Shown piece by piece: positions 37,471 to 51,313 of a stretch of 64,000 nucleotides of DNA. The DNA comes from Octopus vulgaris (taxonomy: Eukaryota), in NCBI GenBank assembly GCA_951406725.2, contig OX597814.1:133548001-133612000 (forward strand), given 5' to 3'. The notes beneath the pieces were generated by a model that made no database searches, had not been told where the DNA came from, and saw nothing but the letters and a program-made list of their open reading frames with translations. Each line of letters begins with the position of its first letter. Position 1 is the first letter of the stretch. A program made the position numbers and the translations under genes.

Positions 37471-39452
37471 ATTGAACAAAGACTCTGTTATACTCTATTC
37501 TGGAATCAGTAAAATAACCCATGTTACTTTTAAAAAGGACCATAATGAAAATTAGAAAAGAGATGAGACTGTCAAGGGAAAATGTTTATGAATCTCGACT
37601 TGAGGGAATTTGGAAATATATGCTCTGGTGGGAATTACTGAATTACATTTACCAATATGAAGAGTTCAGTTTTGTTATATTGTTGTTCCATTATATTCAC
37701 TTACAGACATCTTAAGCGTTTCTAGTGTCCCTCTGCTAACAATTAAAAAGAAACTTATATATATTTCAATTAAAAGAGAGTAATGAATGAATCACATCAT
37801 CGTAGACATTTTTTGCAAGCACAACTGTCACCAAATGGAAACATTTCATTTATCTCGGTTAATATTTTTATATTTTTTCTTGACGATCTTGGTAATGCAA
37901 AATACATCGGACCTTGTGCGAAGAAGTGTGTTGGGAGTTGATATCATCGACTAAATAATTCCAAGGTGGAACCGCAGCAACAATTGTACCGATAATATTC
38001 AATAAGAAATTGAAAAGCTGAGCCCAAACTTAAGCCAATAGGGTAAGTGTTACTTTCAATTTCAGTCTAATGATTGACTTGCGACGGAAATATTCCATAC
38101 AAATTTTTCATGGGATATTTCATAGAATTTGTGCACTAACTGATAACCACTACATCATTTTAATGCGTTAGTTGCAATTGTTCCTCTTTGTCATATAATC
38201 TATGATGGCAATGATTAGGAATCAAGACACCAAGTGATGATAAATATAGTTGTTTATAGATTTCGAACTGCAACCAGTGAGTGAAGTTGTCCAATGTATA
38301 TCTGGTCGACAATGAAACCGTCTCGATTGACTATTTGAATGAATTACTGTATTACAAGAAGTTTCTTCCTAAGTGTACCATACATATATTTAGTGTTATT
38401 TCGATTATCCCAAGGAAATATTGTCTTTCCAATATGTATAATTTATTTGCATTGTTTGTCTGTCTGTTCTATGGCATATAATTATTTGCGCTGTTTATGT
38501 CGTGGGTTGATGGTAATAATATCTATAGCTACCTAACGTACAAAACTTCTGCCAGTAGTTTCTACCCAGTGCCAACGGCAATGTTGGCTGTTATGAGAAA
38601 GGATTTCATTGTTATTCCATCAAAAGATGCTTTTCAAGGCGTGGTTTACCACTTAATTGGGAAGGAGAAATGTTCTTCTTCCTCGATCTAATTATACACC
38701 ATATCGTGATTTCGCCTTCATACCGCCCACTTCTTTCCCCTTTCATTGAAAATATGAGTGTAGGAAATTATGCGTATTTATATGAAAAGTTTGCGGCGTA
38801 AACAACTCCGTCAAAATAGTATGCATGTCGTGTGAAGTTTCATCAGCCTGACAAGTTTCACTGTTTTGAAAATATAAGCATTACTGACTTGAAAGGTAGG
38901 TGTCTTCAAGTTCGTGGATGTATCATGGTTCAAGTTCATTAAGAACTACCACATGGCCTCTTGGAGAAATACATCTTAAATAAGATATCATCTCTTCATA
39001 CAAGAGTCATTTCTTCCTCGAAGAAAGAAGAAATTCACTGACAGCAGAGTGTTGGCAATATTGACCGTTATTTCTACAGAAGCTCATTCGAGTCACTTAC
39101 AAAGGAGTTCATTGCTACATTTGAAACGTTTCGTGGATGAACATAAATTGAGATTAATGTTAGGGTTCTTCTGTTTCAATAAAATGCGTTATACGGCAGG
39201 CCATAATGTTTATCTCTGAAATCTCATTTACGTTGAAAACTGACTTCCCTATTGCGTCAGCGATACTCAGCTATTTATTATGACAAGATCCACTTTTGAC
39301 TTTCCATATAAGATGAACATAGTTTGTTATTAAAAAGAAAGTAAATGAAAGTACATTTCGGTGAAATGAGATTATTACAGAGCGAGAGTGTCAGCGTTTT
39401 CTTAAAAAACGAGACCAATTACAGTATTTAAAAATAATAACAACAATAATAA

Positions 39453-39654
39453 TCCTTTCTACTAAAGGCCGATGGCTTGAAACTTGTGGTGAGGGACTAG
39501 GCGATTTCATTGACCCCACTGTCTCACGGTACTTAATTTATCGACACTGAAAGGCAAAGTACATCTCGGCATAATTTGAACTCAGAACGTCAAGGCGTAC
39601 GAAATAACGTTAAGCATTTCGCCCGGCGTGCAAACGATTTTGCCAGCTCACCAC
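39453..39654 (-). mobile_element. Family-2 (Nin/Deu-like) SINE
   Basis: ggtacttaatttatcgac..aaaggcaaagt..tttgaactcagaacgt..taagcatttcgcccggcgtgcaaacgattttgccagctcacc. Confidence 0.75.
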
Positions 39655-39682
39655 CAAAATAATAATGATGATGATGATGATG

Positions 39683-39739
<57 letters not shown>

Positions 39740-39751
39740 GCAATAATAATA

Positions 39752-40003
39752 ACAAATTACCAGTAATTACAAATAGAACAGGTTGAATTGCTTCTTTTGA
39801 AGGCAGCTCTCTTAGTATCCGCTGGTAGTAGTAAACACATTCGAGCTCTACTGACCTAACGGGGGCGAGGAGTCTTTTGTCTCTATCAAACGCTTTCCTG
39901 TAGTCTATCCATGCCATACCCAGGTTTTTCTTTTGTTTCGGCAATTCTCTACAATCATTTTACTTATAATTGATCTTTGCACCCGTAAGAATTCCTTTTA
40001 TAG
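39752..40003 (-). mobile_element. Short RT fragment of another R4-like element fused to non-coding sequence
   Basis: KQKKNLGMAWIDYRKAFD on the minus strand, with homology lost abruptly after it; lies between oppositely oriented (AAT)n and (TTA)n arrays. Confidence 0.7.
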
Positions 40004-40023
40004 CTTATTATTATTATTATTAC

Positions 40024-40121
<98 letters not shown>

Positions 40122-40149
40122 GTAGTAGTAGTAGTAGTATTATTATTAT

Positions 40150-43100
40150 TCAGTAGTTTTATTTTTATAGCGTGCTTTCACTTCCCTACCGAGCGCAGTT
40201 CAGTGTGCCTTGGGTATGTGCTGTGATTTACTGTGATGCTCTTATGGGTACTGTATTAAAAGTGTTTTGCGTAGGATATGTGTAGTGCTCAGTAGTGCAA
40301 TTTTCTGTATGTTATATATATTTGTAAGCCCTGGTGTTTTTGTTATGTATTATTTTATAATACCTAATGCGCACACAATGATAGGAATTGTTTCTGTTTT
40401 TAGATTCCACATTCGAGTTACCTCTATTTCCAGAATTTTGTATTTTGAAAGTTTCTCCATTTCTTTTAGAGGCACGTTGTCATTTGCTGGTATTGATACA
40501 TCAATTAGAAAGCATTTTTTTTTCTTCATGATCTCTGACTACTATATCTGGTCTGTTGGCCTTAATTTCTCTATCTGTGTGTATTGGCATATCCCAGAAT
40601 ATGGTTACTTTCTCGTTTTCTGTTACCTTTTCTGGCGTGTGCCTATACCATCTTTTTTCTGTAGTTATTCCATAGTGTTGGCATAGCATCCAGTGTATAT
40701 AGGTCCCACCTCTGTCGTACCTGAATATATTCCTTCTTAGGTAGGACTGGGCAGCCAGAGATAATATGATTTAATGTTTTTTCTCTATCTCCACATATTC
40801 TGCAGTTACTTGTTACGTTTCTTTTCATTATATGTTTTTGGTTATTTCTGGTGGGGAGGCTTTGGTCTTGTACTGCAATTAAAAATGCTTCAGTCTCTGC
40901 TTTGAGTCCTGAGCTTCTCAACCATGGCTGGGATTTTTCTCTATTTCTTTTTCATTTAGTTAAGCCCAGTATTTGCTATGAAGGAGCTTTTCTTGCCATC
41001 GTTTTATCATGGTCCGTTGCTGTTCTAGTTTTAGTTTAGATTTCATTTGTTGTATAGCTTTCCTTGTTTCTTCTTCTTCTGCCAATTATTTAGGTAGTAT
41101 GACTTCTTGTTTGTATTTGTTAGCTTCCTTAAACACTGAAAACAGCTTTTTTTGTTTTGCTCGTGTTTTGTGGCTATTTGTATTAGTTTTCCTTGCTTCT
41201 GAAGTAGGAATTTTACAGTCCTATGGTGGTTATTCTAAAATAGGTTTCCAGCTGTATAAAGCCTCTACCACCTTCTATACGTTGTATATATAGCCTTTCT
41301 ATGTCAGATTTTGAGTGGTGCATCCTAGATCCTGTTAATATTTTTCTTGTTTTCCTGTCTCTTTTGGTTAGTTCATTATCCAGTTAAGGATATTGTAGCT
41401 GTAACTAACTGGCATGGCTAAAGTATTAATACCTATTACCTTGTTTTTAGCATTGAGCTCTGTTTTCAGTATATCTCTTTCTCTTTTCTCTTTTACTTGT
41501 TTCAGTTATTTGACTGCGGCCATGCTGGAGCACCGCCTTTAGTCGAGCAAATCGACCTCGGGACTTATTCTTTGTAAGCCCAGTACTTATTCTATCGGTC
41601 TCTTTTGCCGAACCGCTAAGTAACGGGGACGTAAACACACCAGCATCGGTTGTCAAGCAGTGCTAGGGAGACAAACACAAACACACAAACACATACACAT
41701 ACATACATATACATATATACATATATACGACAGGCTTCTTTCAGTTTCCGTCTACCAAATCCACTCACAAGGCATTGGTCGGCCCGGGGCTATAGCAGAA
41801 GACACTTGCTCAAGATGCCACGCAGTGGGACTGAACCCAGAACCATGTGGTTGGTTAGCAAGCTACTTACCACACAGCCACTCCTGCGCCTATATAGTAT
41901 TCTTTTTTTTCTCTTACATTTGTGTGTGTTGTATCATATGTAGTTCATTGATTCCTAAATATTTGTGTGTCTGGCTTTGGTCTAATTCTCTTATTTCATT
42001 GGCTTTATCTAGTGTGATATTGCTACTCTTAACTACTTTTCCTCTTTTCAGGGTTGATTTGGCACATTTTTATAAGTCGAATTTCATATCTATTTCTTTG
42101 CTAAATCCATGTACTATCCGTAGTAGTGTCTCCAGCTGTTTATCATTTGTAGCATATAATTTTAGGTTATCCATATATAAGATGTGGCTGATTGTTTTGC
42201 CGTAACATTTTATCCGTATCCAGTTCTATTTAGCATGTCAGATAAACGTGTCAGTGCCAAGCAGAAAAGGAGTGGGATATTTCTATTCTAACGGGGATGG
42301 CTTTGTTTTTCACGAGTCCCTCTTTTGTTTGGAACTGTAGCACTGTCTGCAATTTATTCCTAGAGTATTTTATGTATTTTATAATTATTGGTGCTACCTT
42401 GTTCATGGCTAGTGTTTCGAGGATCCACGTGTGGGGAATACTATCAAATGCCTTTCGGTAGTCGATAATGAGGCCTTTCTTTTTTCTGCGGCTGTCTTCA
42501 GTAATGGCTTTTTTTATCATTATTTGATCTTTACAGCCGTATAATCCCTTGCAGCATCCTTTCTGCTCTTCTGGAAACAGGTTGTTTTCTTCCTGATGCT
42601 TGCTCAAATTCTGCGATATTATTGCAGTAAAGGCTTTGTAAATTGTAGGGAGACAGATTATAGGTCTGTAGTTTTGCCGTTTCAGTGGATTTGGGAGTTA
42701 GGATAGCTTTCTCTTTTATGAGCCATTCAGGCATTGTCTCTGACTCTGCTAGTATGTCGTTAAAGTTTTCAGCCAGCTTTTTGTGTATTCCTGTCAGATA
42801 TTTAAGCCAGAAATTGGGAATCTTGTCGTGCCCAGGTGCCTTTCAGTTGTTTAGTCTTTGCAGTACCTGGGTGACTTCCTCAGTTGTTGTAGGGGTCCAG
42901 AGTTGTTCAGGTGCTAAGTTCGTGATTTTAATAGTCCTTTTCTGAGGTTGTTCCTGCGCCGACCATATTTCTTTCCAAAATCCTTCCACTTCTGCTGTTG
43001 TTGCTACATTGATATCTATTTTATTTTTGCAAAGATCTTGGTAGAATTTTGGGGGAATTGAGTTTTGGGGAACTGTTTGTTATGTTAACAGAAACGTTGG

Positions 43101-43603
43101 CGCTTCTCATACGGGCGGATCCTTTGTGCTTTGGCAAGGATATCTTGCTAAAGCTTTTCTTTTACCTCAGGTAAACCTTTTTCTGCACAGTATTTTTCTT
43201 TTCTTCTTGTTACTTAGTAGTGTTGATTGTCTACTAATTTCGTTAAGAATTGACAGATATTTCTCTTGTTTCTTATTTTTTATATTATTTAACCACATGG
43301 TTTGCTTGGGTGGTGGTCCTCCTGTTTGGATGGGTTTGAGGGAGTATCCAGCTTCCTTTGTGGCTGCAGTGGCTGCTGCATATATTATGTCATTTAGCTC
43401 AGTGATATTGCCATTTGTTTCTGTGGCTATTAGTTCCGTGACGGCCAGGTTTATGCTATTTCTTATTGATATTGTTTTATTGTCCATTTTGATTTTTCGG
43501 AGGTATAATCGGTGGTCCATTCTGAAATCTGTGGATTCAGTTCTTTGATTATTCTCATTTTTATAGTATCATAATCATTAGGTTCCCATTCACTGTTTCC
43601 AGG

Positions 43604-43605
<2 letters not shown>
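40150..43605 (-). mobile_element. Long 5'-truncated decayed R4/Dong-like non-LTR retrotransposon (RT, CCHC, RLE), interrupted by a SINE
   Basis: PEEQKGCCKGLYGCKDQ, IDYRKAFDSIPHTWI, LYMDNLKLY, LKTELNAKNK, IAVQDQSLPTRN, CRICGDREKTLNHIISGC, WDMPIHTDREIKANRPDIVV, QKIALLSTTHILRK; (TTA)n at both ends. Confidence 0.92.
41475..41891 (-). mobile_element. Full-length young family-1 SINE nested in the R4-like ORF
   Basis: Complete head to tail; possible agtat duplication at 41468-41472 and 41896-41900. Confidence 0.9.
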
Positions 43606-43669
<64 letters not shown>

Positions 43670-43685
43670 CATTGTTATTATTATT

Positions 43686-44192
43686 GAGTGAGAGAGCAGT
43701 GCATGCCATCAAAGTGACACTGGGGTAAAATATACGAAGCCCAATATACCCATCATGACTACCCGTCTGATAAGGGTACACCAGGCACATGCATCACAAC
43801 CATATGTGCGCGACATGGTGATCTCATATCAAGATAAACAGCACATGACCTTGCAGGTGGGGCCCAGTTAGAATTTTCTTCAGGTTGAGTAGCCCATCCC
43901 GCTCAAAAGGTCCCTGAATAAGGGTTGTTTAAGGATGTTGAAAGAACCACCTATGTTTCCAGAGGTGAATTATTCAAACCCCAAAGAATCCCTCTCAACA
44001 CATGGCTATGATGCTCCCCCACTACTTCTGCTCGTGATCAGAGATGCACATATCGTCAGCCACTAAGGGACATGCTCAACTGGTTAAGGTCAAACAACTG
44101 ACAAGTAAATCTGTGGTATTGAGCAGAATATTTGCTGTAGCCCATCTTTTATACCAAGACAAAACAATGTACATGATAACACTTCCAATCAG
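43686..44192 (-). mobile_element. ~505-bp non-coding element bounded by (TTA)n arrays
   Basis: More GC-rich than background, no recognisable ORF, sharp junctions with (TTA)n at 43606-43685 and 44193-44260. Confidence 0.6.
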
Positions 44193-44257
<65 letters not shown>

Positions 44258-44788
44258 CATTGCACTCAGGAGTATTTCGTCTACCGCTACGTTGTGAGTT
44301 AATAATAATATTATCATCATCATCATCATCATTGTCGGTGTTGCTTTATACGGAACAATAAAAATATACAAACGGAGTATCCCCTCCAAGTCATCATATC
44401 TCAAATAAGATAAATAACGAAACTGTTAAACAATTAGAGAATGTTATTGATACACACATGAGAGATATATGAATGGTCATCCGAAAAGAAGACTTAGGAA
44501 TTCTGTTTATCTATGTCTCAATTACAGCAAAAATTTAAACCATATAAGACGAGGCATAAAAACAGACAAAGATGAAACCACTCATGATTTAGTTAATATA
44601 CTAAAGTAAACAATAGACTATTTATATACCGCACATAGACCAGTTCTAAAAATGAATAAATGAAGTAACCGAGAGTTCTCCCTTGGGATCCAATGTTTGC
44701 TGCGTTCTTCATGACCAATTTAAGCGTGCACACGCACACACACATATATATGTGTATATATATGTATACGTATATGTATATGTATATG

Positions 44789-44819
<31 letters not shown>

Positions 44820-45984
44820 TTGCATTTGTGTGTGTGTGTGTTTGTATGTGTGTGCGTGTGTGTTGTGTTTGTGTATGTATATACAGTGACAGTGAGAGTA
44901 AATAGCTAGTTACCTAGATACATATATAAGTAGAGATATGTGTGTGTGTGTATATATCTACTTTTCTCGCTGTATTGCGTGCCCGTTTCTCTTTGTTTCT
45001 ATCTGTCATTTTATAGTTATCTTCTATATAAATGAAAATATTTCCTCCGTCTGGCTGCTTTTATTTCTACAAAATGAGAAGTTACATTGCAGAACTGTTA
45101 TTATAACAAGTTGTATCTATTTATCACCCGACGACATACATATGCACCGCCGGATGCTCCTGAACCAGTTGTTGAGTGTCCCACCCGTAAATGATCGATG
45201 CTAGATGTGTCGAAACAAATGTCGTGATTAATAATACATTTTCGTATATTCCATCTTCCGTCTTTCATTTGCCACATATATACATACATGCATATACATA
45301 TATGTGCGTATATGTGTGTGTATATGTATGCATACAAACAGAACGTTCTTGCACAAACATACACGAATACACACAGTAGACTGCTACACATACACATATA
45401 TTAATCTTATAACCTTATCAGTATTATCATAAACGACACAGCAGACTTTCATCAACCAAGTTTGTTAAGAACTTACAGTATTCTCAAAGCAAGTTGACGT
45501 CTACGTGTTTGTTAACACACTCTATTGTTCTTCCTTATGAACGAAATCTGGCTACTACAAAATTCATCAAATCAAATTATACCAGTGTTGCATCTGAAAA
45601 TACCAGTGCCCATGTTGGAAATTAGCTGCTGCACACCGCTATTTCACAAATATTATTTATTACAAGCGTAAGTAACCACAAATATATTTCGGTCCTTAAC
45701 TTAGTGACATCAATAAACATATTTAAATTATGTAGTTGATACCATTCATATATTTTTTTTTTACTTAAAAAGTCCGGTTTGTTGGTCATGGACGATACAT
45801 TTGTTTCGAAGTTACTGCAGATCATAGATAACAAATCGCGTCCTACCTTTTAGTATTGAGAACAGTAGAGGTTCATTTTATAGCAATGACTCCATTTCTA
45901 TACATAATTATTCGGTTTGAATTTAATTGATTGATCACATCCCTTTTCAGTAAGGGTACAGAAACAGACAAACTGATACATCTT

Positions 45985-46390
45985 TTCTTTTATCTTTTAT
46001 CTTTTACTTATTTTAAGTCATGAGACTGCGACCATGCTGGGGCACCGCCTTGAGGAAAATTTAGTCGAATGACTCGACCCCAGTACTTATTTTTTAAAGA
46101 CTGGTACTTATTCTATCGATTTCTTTTGCCGAATTGCTAAGTTACGGGAGCGTAAACACACCACAAACGGTTGTCAAGTGGTGGCAAGGGGGGACAAACA
46201 GAGACACAAATACACACACACATAGATATATACATATATGTATACGACGGGCTTCTTTCAATTTCCTTCTACCAGATTCCTCACACGGCTTTGGTCGGCC
46301 TGGGGCTATGGAAGAAGATATTTACATAAAGTGTAATGCAGTGGGACTGAACCCGGAACCATGTGTTTTGGAAGCAAGCTTCTTATCACA
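45985..46390 (-). mobile_element. Diverged family-1 SINE
   Basis: gactgcgaccatgctggggcaccgcc, tacgacgggcttctttca, gcagtgggactgaacccggaaccatgtg. Confidence 0.8.
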
Positions 46391-48949
46391 GAAAAATAAG
46401 AAAAATCTTTTTTTACGAATTTCTGAATAAACTTCATATCTTAGATTATCTGGACTAGCAATGTTGCATATTGGTTTCAAATCTTTCAAGAACGTATTTT
46501 CGAAACGCCTCTAAATATTTTTTAGATCTTTCATACATAGTCGTAGGAATATTTATATAGTCAAGAAGATCTCTTCGCAAACATGTGGTTTTAGTTTCAA
46601 TTTCTACTCCATTGCCCTTTGAGCAATTGACCATTGAGTAATTTGTCTCTGACTCGCCAATGCAGTCCGAGTGAACTTGATAGACGGAAATTATGCGGAT
46701 ACCTACCACCCACGTATGCTATGATGGGATTCGAACTTAGGAATCAGAGACTCAATAAGTACTGCAAGTTTTCTGGCCCAACGTTCTTAAAATTCTACTT
46801 ATGTATTGCCTTGGCTGGGCACAATTTTATCGATCCCAAGATGATACTTTATAATATTTTCCTCTGAAGGATTTAAAATTTGAGCACACATACTTAGACA
46901 GTAAAAAATTATGTCCACTCATTTCGCCTCTTATATAGTGGACAGTCTTCGAGAGTCCTTATGATTATTCAGATGAATCAAAGAAATGCAACGTATGATT
47001 AGTGAAAGTATATAACATTTTGTGTTATTATCTCAGAATGTTAATCGGACTCTAAATATTATCTGCTTGTTGATCTAGGAACATATTTCCTTTCAAAAAT
47101 ATCAAATAGAAGAAGTATAAGAAATCCAGCTACCGCCAAGCAGTTATCATTTATCCACACCACCTCCTTGATAATCAAATCTGCTCCTATACAATAGAAA
47201 ATCAGACCGATAACATCTAAATAAATCCCACAGAAAAAGGGAAGCAAAATACCGCCACTTTATGACATGTATTCATACATCAACCTAAAACAGATTGGCT
47301 GAGAGGTATTCATTTACCTATTGCAAAAAACACGTACGTTATTCCCTCTTTCTCTATAAGTTAGACCAACTATATCAACACTTTGTACAATATATATATA
47401 ATGGAAACCGCATTTATGTAAAGTTTCCTTTTGTTGATCGCATAAATAGAGTATTTATATATTCTATGCTTGAAAGATTGTACTAAGCCATGCCTCGTGT
47501 AATTACTATTGAATTATGATCGCCCTGCAAGGTCAAGTTTTGTAGCATGGAAATAATTCGTAAGTTTTGTTATACGTTGAACATTCCTCAAGTATGTGAA
47601 CACTTAGATAAAGCTTAATGGCATGTTGTATGATGGTTTTTGGTTTGTTTTTACCGGCAACTTGGCATTTTCCAAAAGTCCTGCACTCATGTTGATGCAT
47701 ACAAAAAGGAAGTCGCACCAAAATCTCAATGTAGAGAGGTTCTTTTTTCTTCTTTTTAGGATGTAAGTACCGGATCGAAAGATTACATGTAACTATGAAT
47801 TTGAGTTTATTATTAAAAGTAGCAAAAATAAATTTCAAGCTTTTTGTGAACTATGCCGATGAGATATTATACAAACTGACATGAAGAGAAAAGTACATTT
47901 CTACAACATACCACCATAGATATATTTAAATTTAATTCATTATTATTAAACAAGAATATTATTGGCAGTGTCTTCAAAATTTCGGCCAATTCCGCCATCA
48001 TGGGACTTCGATGTATTAAAGTTAATTTTGGCTTTATATACTATCTTTTGAGTTAAAATATTCCTTGAGTTGAATGGAGAAGTAATTAGCTTGTAATGTA
48101 GGTTAGGGAAGAGAGATGCACTGGAGAATTTTTTATTGATTGAATTTGGGTTTATGCTAATGTTTAGAATTTATTCATGTATGTTAAACAGGTGCGTACC
48201 TGTCGATGTGTTCCTTTCAAGGCATGGTTGTATTTTAGTGCTTCACAAAAAGGATGTAGATAGGTCTAGGATATGCCAGTTGTTTTAGTTATTTTTAGTT
48301 CTATTGGATTTAATCTTTTGCTTGGACAATATAAAAGTCAAAATTCCAATGTTTAGTCCAGAATTTAAAAACCTAGAAATTGGGTGCATCAACGTTTTTG
48401 TAATTAAATTTCTTAAGGGTTCATAAAATCATGTAAGTAGATATTGTGTTTCAGCTGGTTAGTTTCTTCCCATGTTGTTGTTATTTAGAATATTTCCTGT
48501 TTGTATTTGGAAGGTGGGGATTTTAGTCTGACATGTCATGGTGCTAATAGTATAGAAACTTCTTTATCATGTACTTTGATCTCCCCAGTGGATGTGGATA
48601 CGTGTAAAATTCGTTACTCAGTATGTTTTCTGTCTAGGGTTTCATTTTTCTGGAAACAATTTTATCAATATGCGGAAATTCTAGCCTTTGTGTTTTATGG
48701 ATGCAAAGTTGGTGGGCTATGTGTTTGTATACATTTTTTTTCAATTCTGTTTCAAACGTGGGTATTTTATGATATATTATTTTAGGTCTAAATTTATTTG
48801 CGAAAGTGATTATTTTAAAAAGTGTTTATATACTCTTGTATAAAAATGGGAATAAAATTAAATTCAAATGGTTCATTTAGAAATTAGAATATGTTAATTC
48901 TTATATTCTTGCTAAGTCATTATTGTCATACTTTTTCTCCACAACTCAT

Positions 48950-50280
48950 GGCTGCAGTAATATACAGTAACCCATTTACTGTGGAAAATGTAACAAGTGA
49001 GAAAGCTGAAGCAAAATCTCATGAAAATAATGTACCAACATGGTGTATGTTAACTAACATTGTTTTTCCTTTCCATTAGCAACGTATGCTTCAAAGGTGC
49101 AACACTGTTTCGCATTTCTTTTGAGAAACTTTCCTTTTGATATGAGAGTGCAGCGTGTGTTATTTGACTTTCATAGTTAATGAAAATTAGTCATCAAAAA
49201 AACAGAAAATCAACTACTAATGAAATTAGTCTCAACAGTGAGTTTGCGTACACTGCTGACAATGTAAATATAAACTATGCAGAACACAAGGGTGTATAAT
49301 AAAAACTGAAACTGGCTCAAGGCAATATTCTTTCTGTAAATTGTCTAGATCATATTTTCCTCAAAGCATCAATATTATTTAAATGGAAACTGAAATTTGA
49401 TTTTCAAAATATGTTGCAAATAATGTATAAACACTGCAGCGCTTCAGATGAAAGTACATCACAATTACATTAATTTTGTGAATTCCTGTATGTTGATGGT
49501 TGTAATCTCTTTCAGAATGTTGTAACTAGATGGCTCTCACTTCCACAAACTATTGACAAAATGCTTAAGTACAGGAAAACTCTAAAATGTTATTTTCAGA
49601 GAATCGGTAAGGTTGAATGCCCCATCGATTGAGAGAGGAATAGCGAACTAATTTTGTCTTTGGTTTTGCATGAAGCACCAATCGTAACTAGCATATCATG
49701 GGTGTGTCTAAGAAGTGTGAAGTTGATTTCATTGCTATCTACGATAGTCCCATTAAGTACTATCAAAAGTACTTTCCCTGAAAACAGGCTTCATAACAAT
49801 TGATCGAAATTTAGCCAAACAATTTCCATATCTTATGACTGCTCCTAACTTAATGCCTTTTAAATCTTCCACCACCGTTCGAATTTGTAAATAGAACTTG
49901 AAGCTCTTGCTATAAAGGCTGACCGGACTCAAATTTAGGTTATCATTGAACCACCTTTGCACGAAATTACCGCACAATATATCCATTATCTTCAGTAAAA
50001 ACTTGTAACATTCGATATATTGAAAATATATAATATGGAAATAAAATGAAGAAATTGGGATTATAGAAAACATTATAAAAATGACTGAGATTATAAATAA
50101 CCATAATGAAGACCACTCGCTGAAACTATTCACTAAATCTGAGGAAGCACTGATAAATCTGGAAAAGCTGGGTGCTGATATATTCTCTATTCCATGCAGT
50201 AATGCTCGCATTGAACGAGCTTTTCCAATCTCGAGCTGGTTTAGGGATGTAATACCCATTACTGTCCTCAGTATGACATA
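48950..50280 (+). mobile_element. Decayed hAT transposase remnant
   Basis: AYTADNVNINY..HKGV (49246-49300), VNCLDH, LFQNVVTRWLSL...LKCYF (49507-49600) and dimerisation-domain IFSIPCSNARIERAF (50180-50225). Confidence 0.75.
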
Positions 50281-50366
50281 ACACAAAGTACATAATTACA
50301 AACATTTATACATGCCATACGAACACAATGTTCTTGATTTATACATACCATACGAACACAAGGTAT

Positions 50367-50890
50367 TTGATAAAATCCTATGTAGATTTTTATCCTTGAT
50401 CGTAATGATAAATACGAATTCACATCAACCAGTTTTATTCGCTGCTGAATTAGTTTGGTTCTTTACACGTGACTGAGATGAACGAACGAAATTTAACTTG
50501 TGTATAGGTATGAACATTTGTATATGCACTGTACATACATGGTGGTCGTATAGTATGTATAAATGTTTATAATTATGTAATTTCAGTTAAGTCATACTGA
50601 GGACGGTAAAGGGTATTACATCCCTAAACCAGAAATCAATCTATGGGTAAACCTTTTTAAAAAAATCTTTTTTACTCATTTCCCTCGCTTTCAGCCCGTG
50701 TCTGTGTGATAAATAAGCCAGTTTTAGAGTTATATTGCGTCTACTTCTAGCATGTGGAGTTATCCAGTATTTGCCCTTGTTATAATTATATTTTTAACAT
50801 TAAATACTTTGTATTTATTTTGTACCTAAATGGTTTATTACATGCTAGTTACTTGATAAAGTCCTATATAGATTTTATCCTTGATCATAA

Positions 50891-50893
<3 letters not shown>
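50367..50893 (+). mobile_element. ~445-bp segment between ~41-bp direct repeats, containing a hammerhead-like motif (family D)
   Basis: Repeats at 50367-50408 and 50853-50893, about 4 differences. Confidence 0.65.
50593..50645 (+). ncRNA. Type I hammerhead-like motif, core intact, flanks slightly mutated
   Basis: CAUA-CUGAGGA-cGGUaaAGGG-uauuacau-CCCUaaACCa-GAAA-ucaa-UC-UAUG. Confidence 0.55.
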
Positions 50894-50932
<39 letters not shown>

Positions 50933-51007
50933 GTGTGCGTGTGCGTGGCCGTGTGTGTAATAAAGAGTCAATGAATCGGAAAAGAGCTCGAAAGGAAATC
51001 ATTGAGA

Positions 51008-51008
51008 A

Positions 51009-51050
<42 letters not shown>

Positions 51051-51313
51051 GTGATGATCGAAGAGGAGGATGGGGAAAATGATGATGATGGTGAGGAAGA
51101 AGAAGAAAAAGAAGAAGAATAACAGGGAAGAAGAGGAAGAAAGAGGAGAAGGAGAAGGTGATGATCATGAACATGATGATGAAGGAGGAGAACTAGGACG
51201 AGAGGCGGAGGAAGTCAACGACGAGGAAGAGAGTTGGGAAGAAGAAGAAGAAGAAGAAGAAGAAGAAGAAGAAGAAGAAGAAGAAGAAGAAGAAGAAGAA
51301 GAAGAAGAAGAAG
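51008..51313. repeat. Purine-rich low complexity with (GAT)n and (GAA)n
   Basis: Directly visible. Confidence 0.9.

Noticed and set aside
38280-39200. Cluster of short overlapping ORFs
   Set aside because: No recognisable domain on either strand and no splice structure.
47980-48790. Possible Penelope RT remnant on the minus strand
   Set aside because: Only vague motif similarity; too decayed to support.
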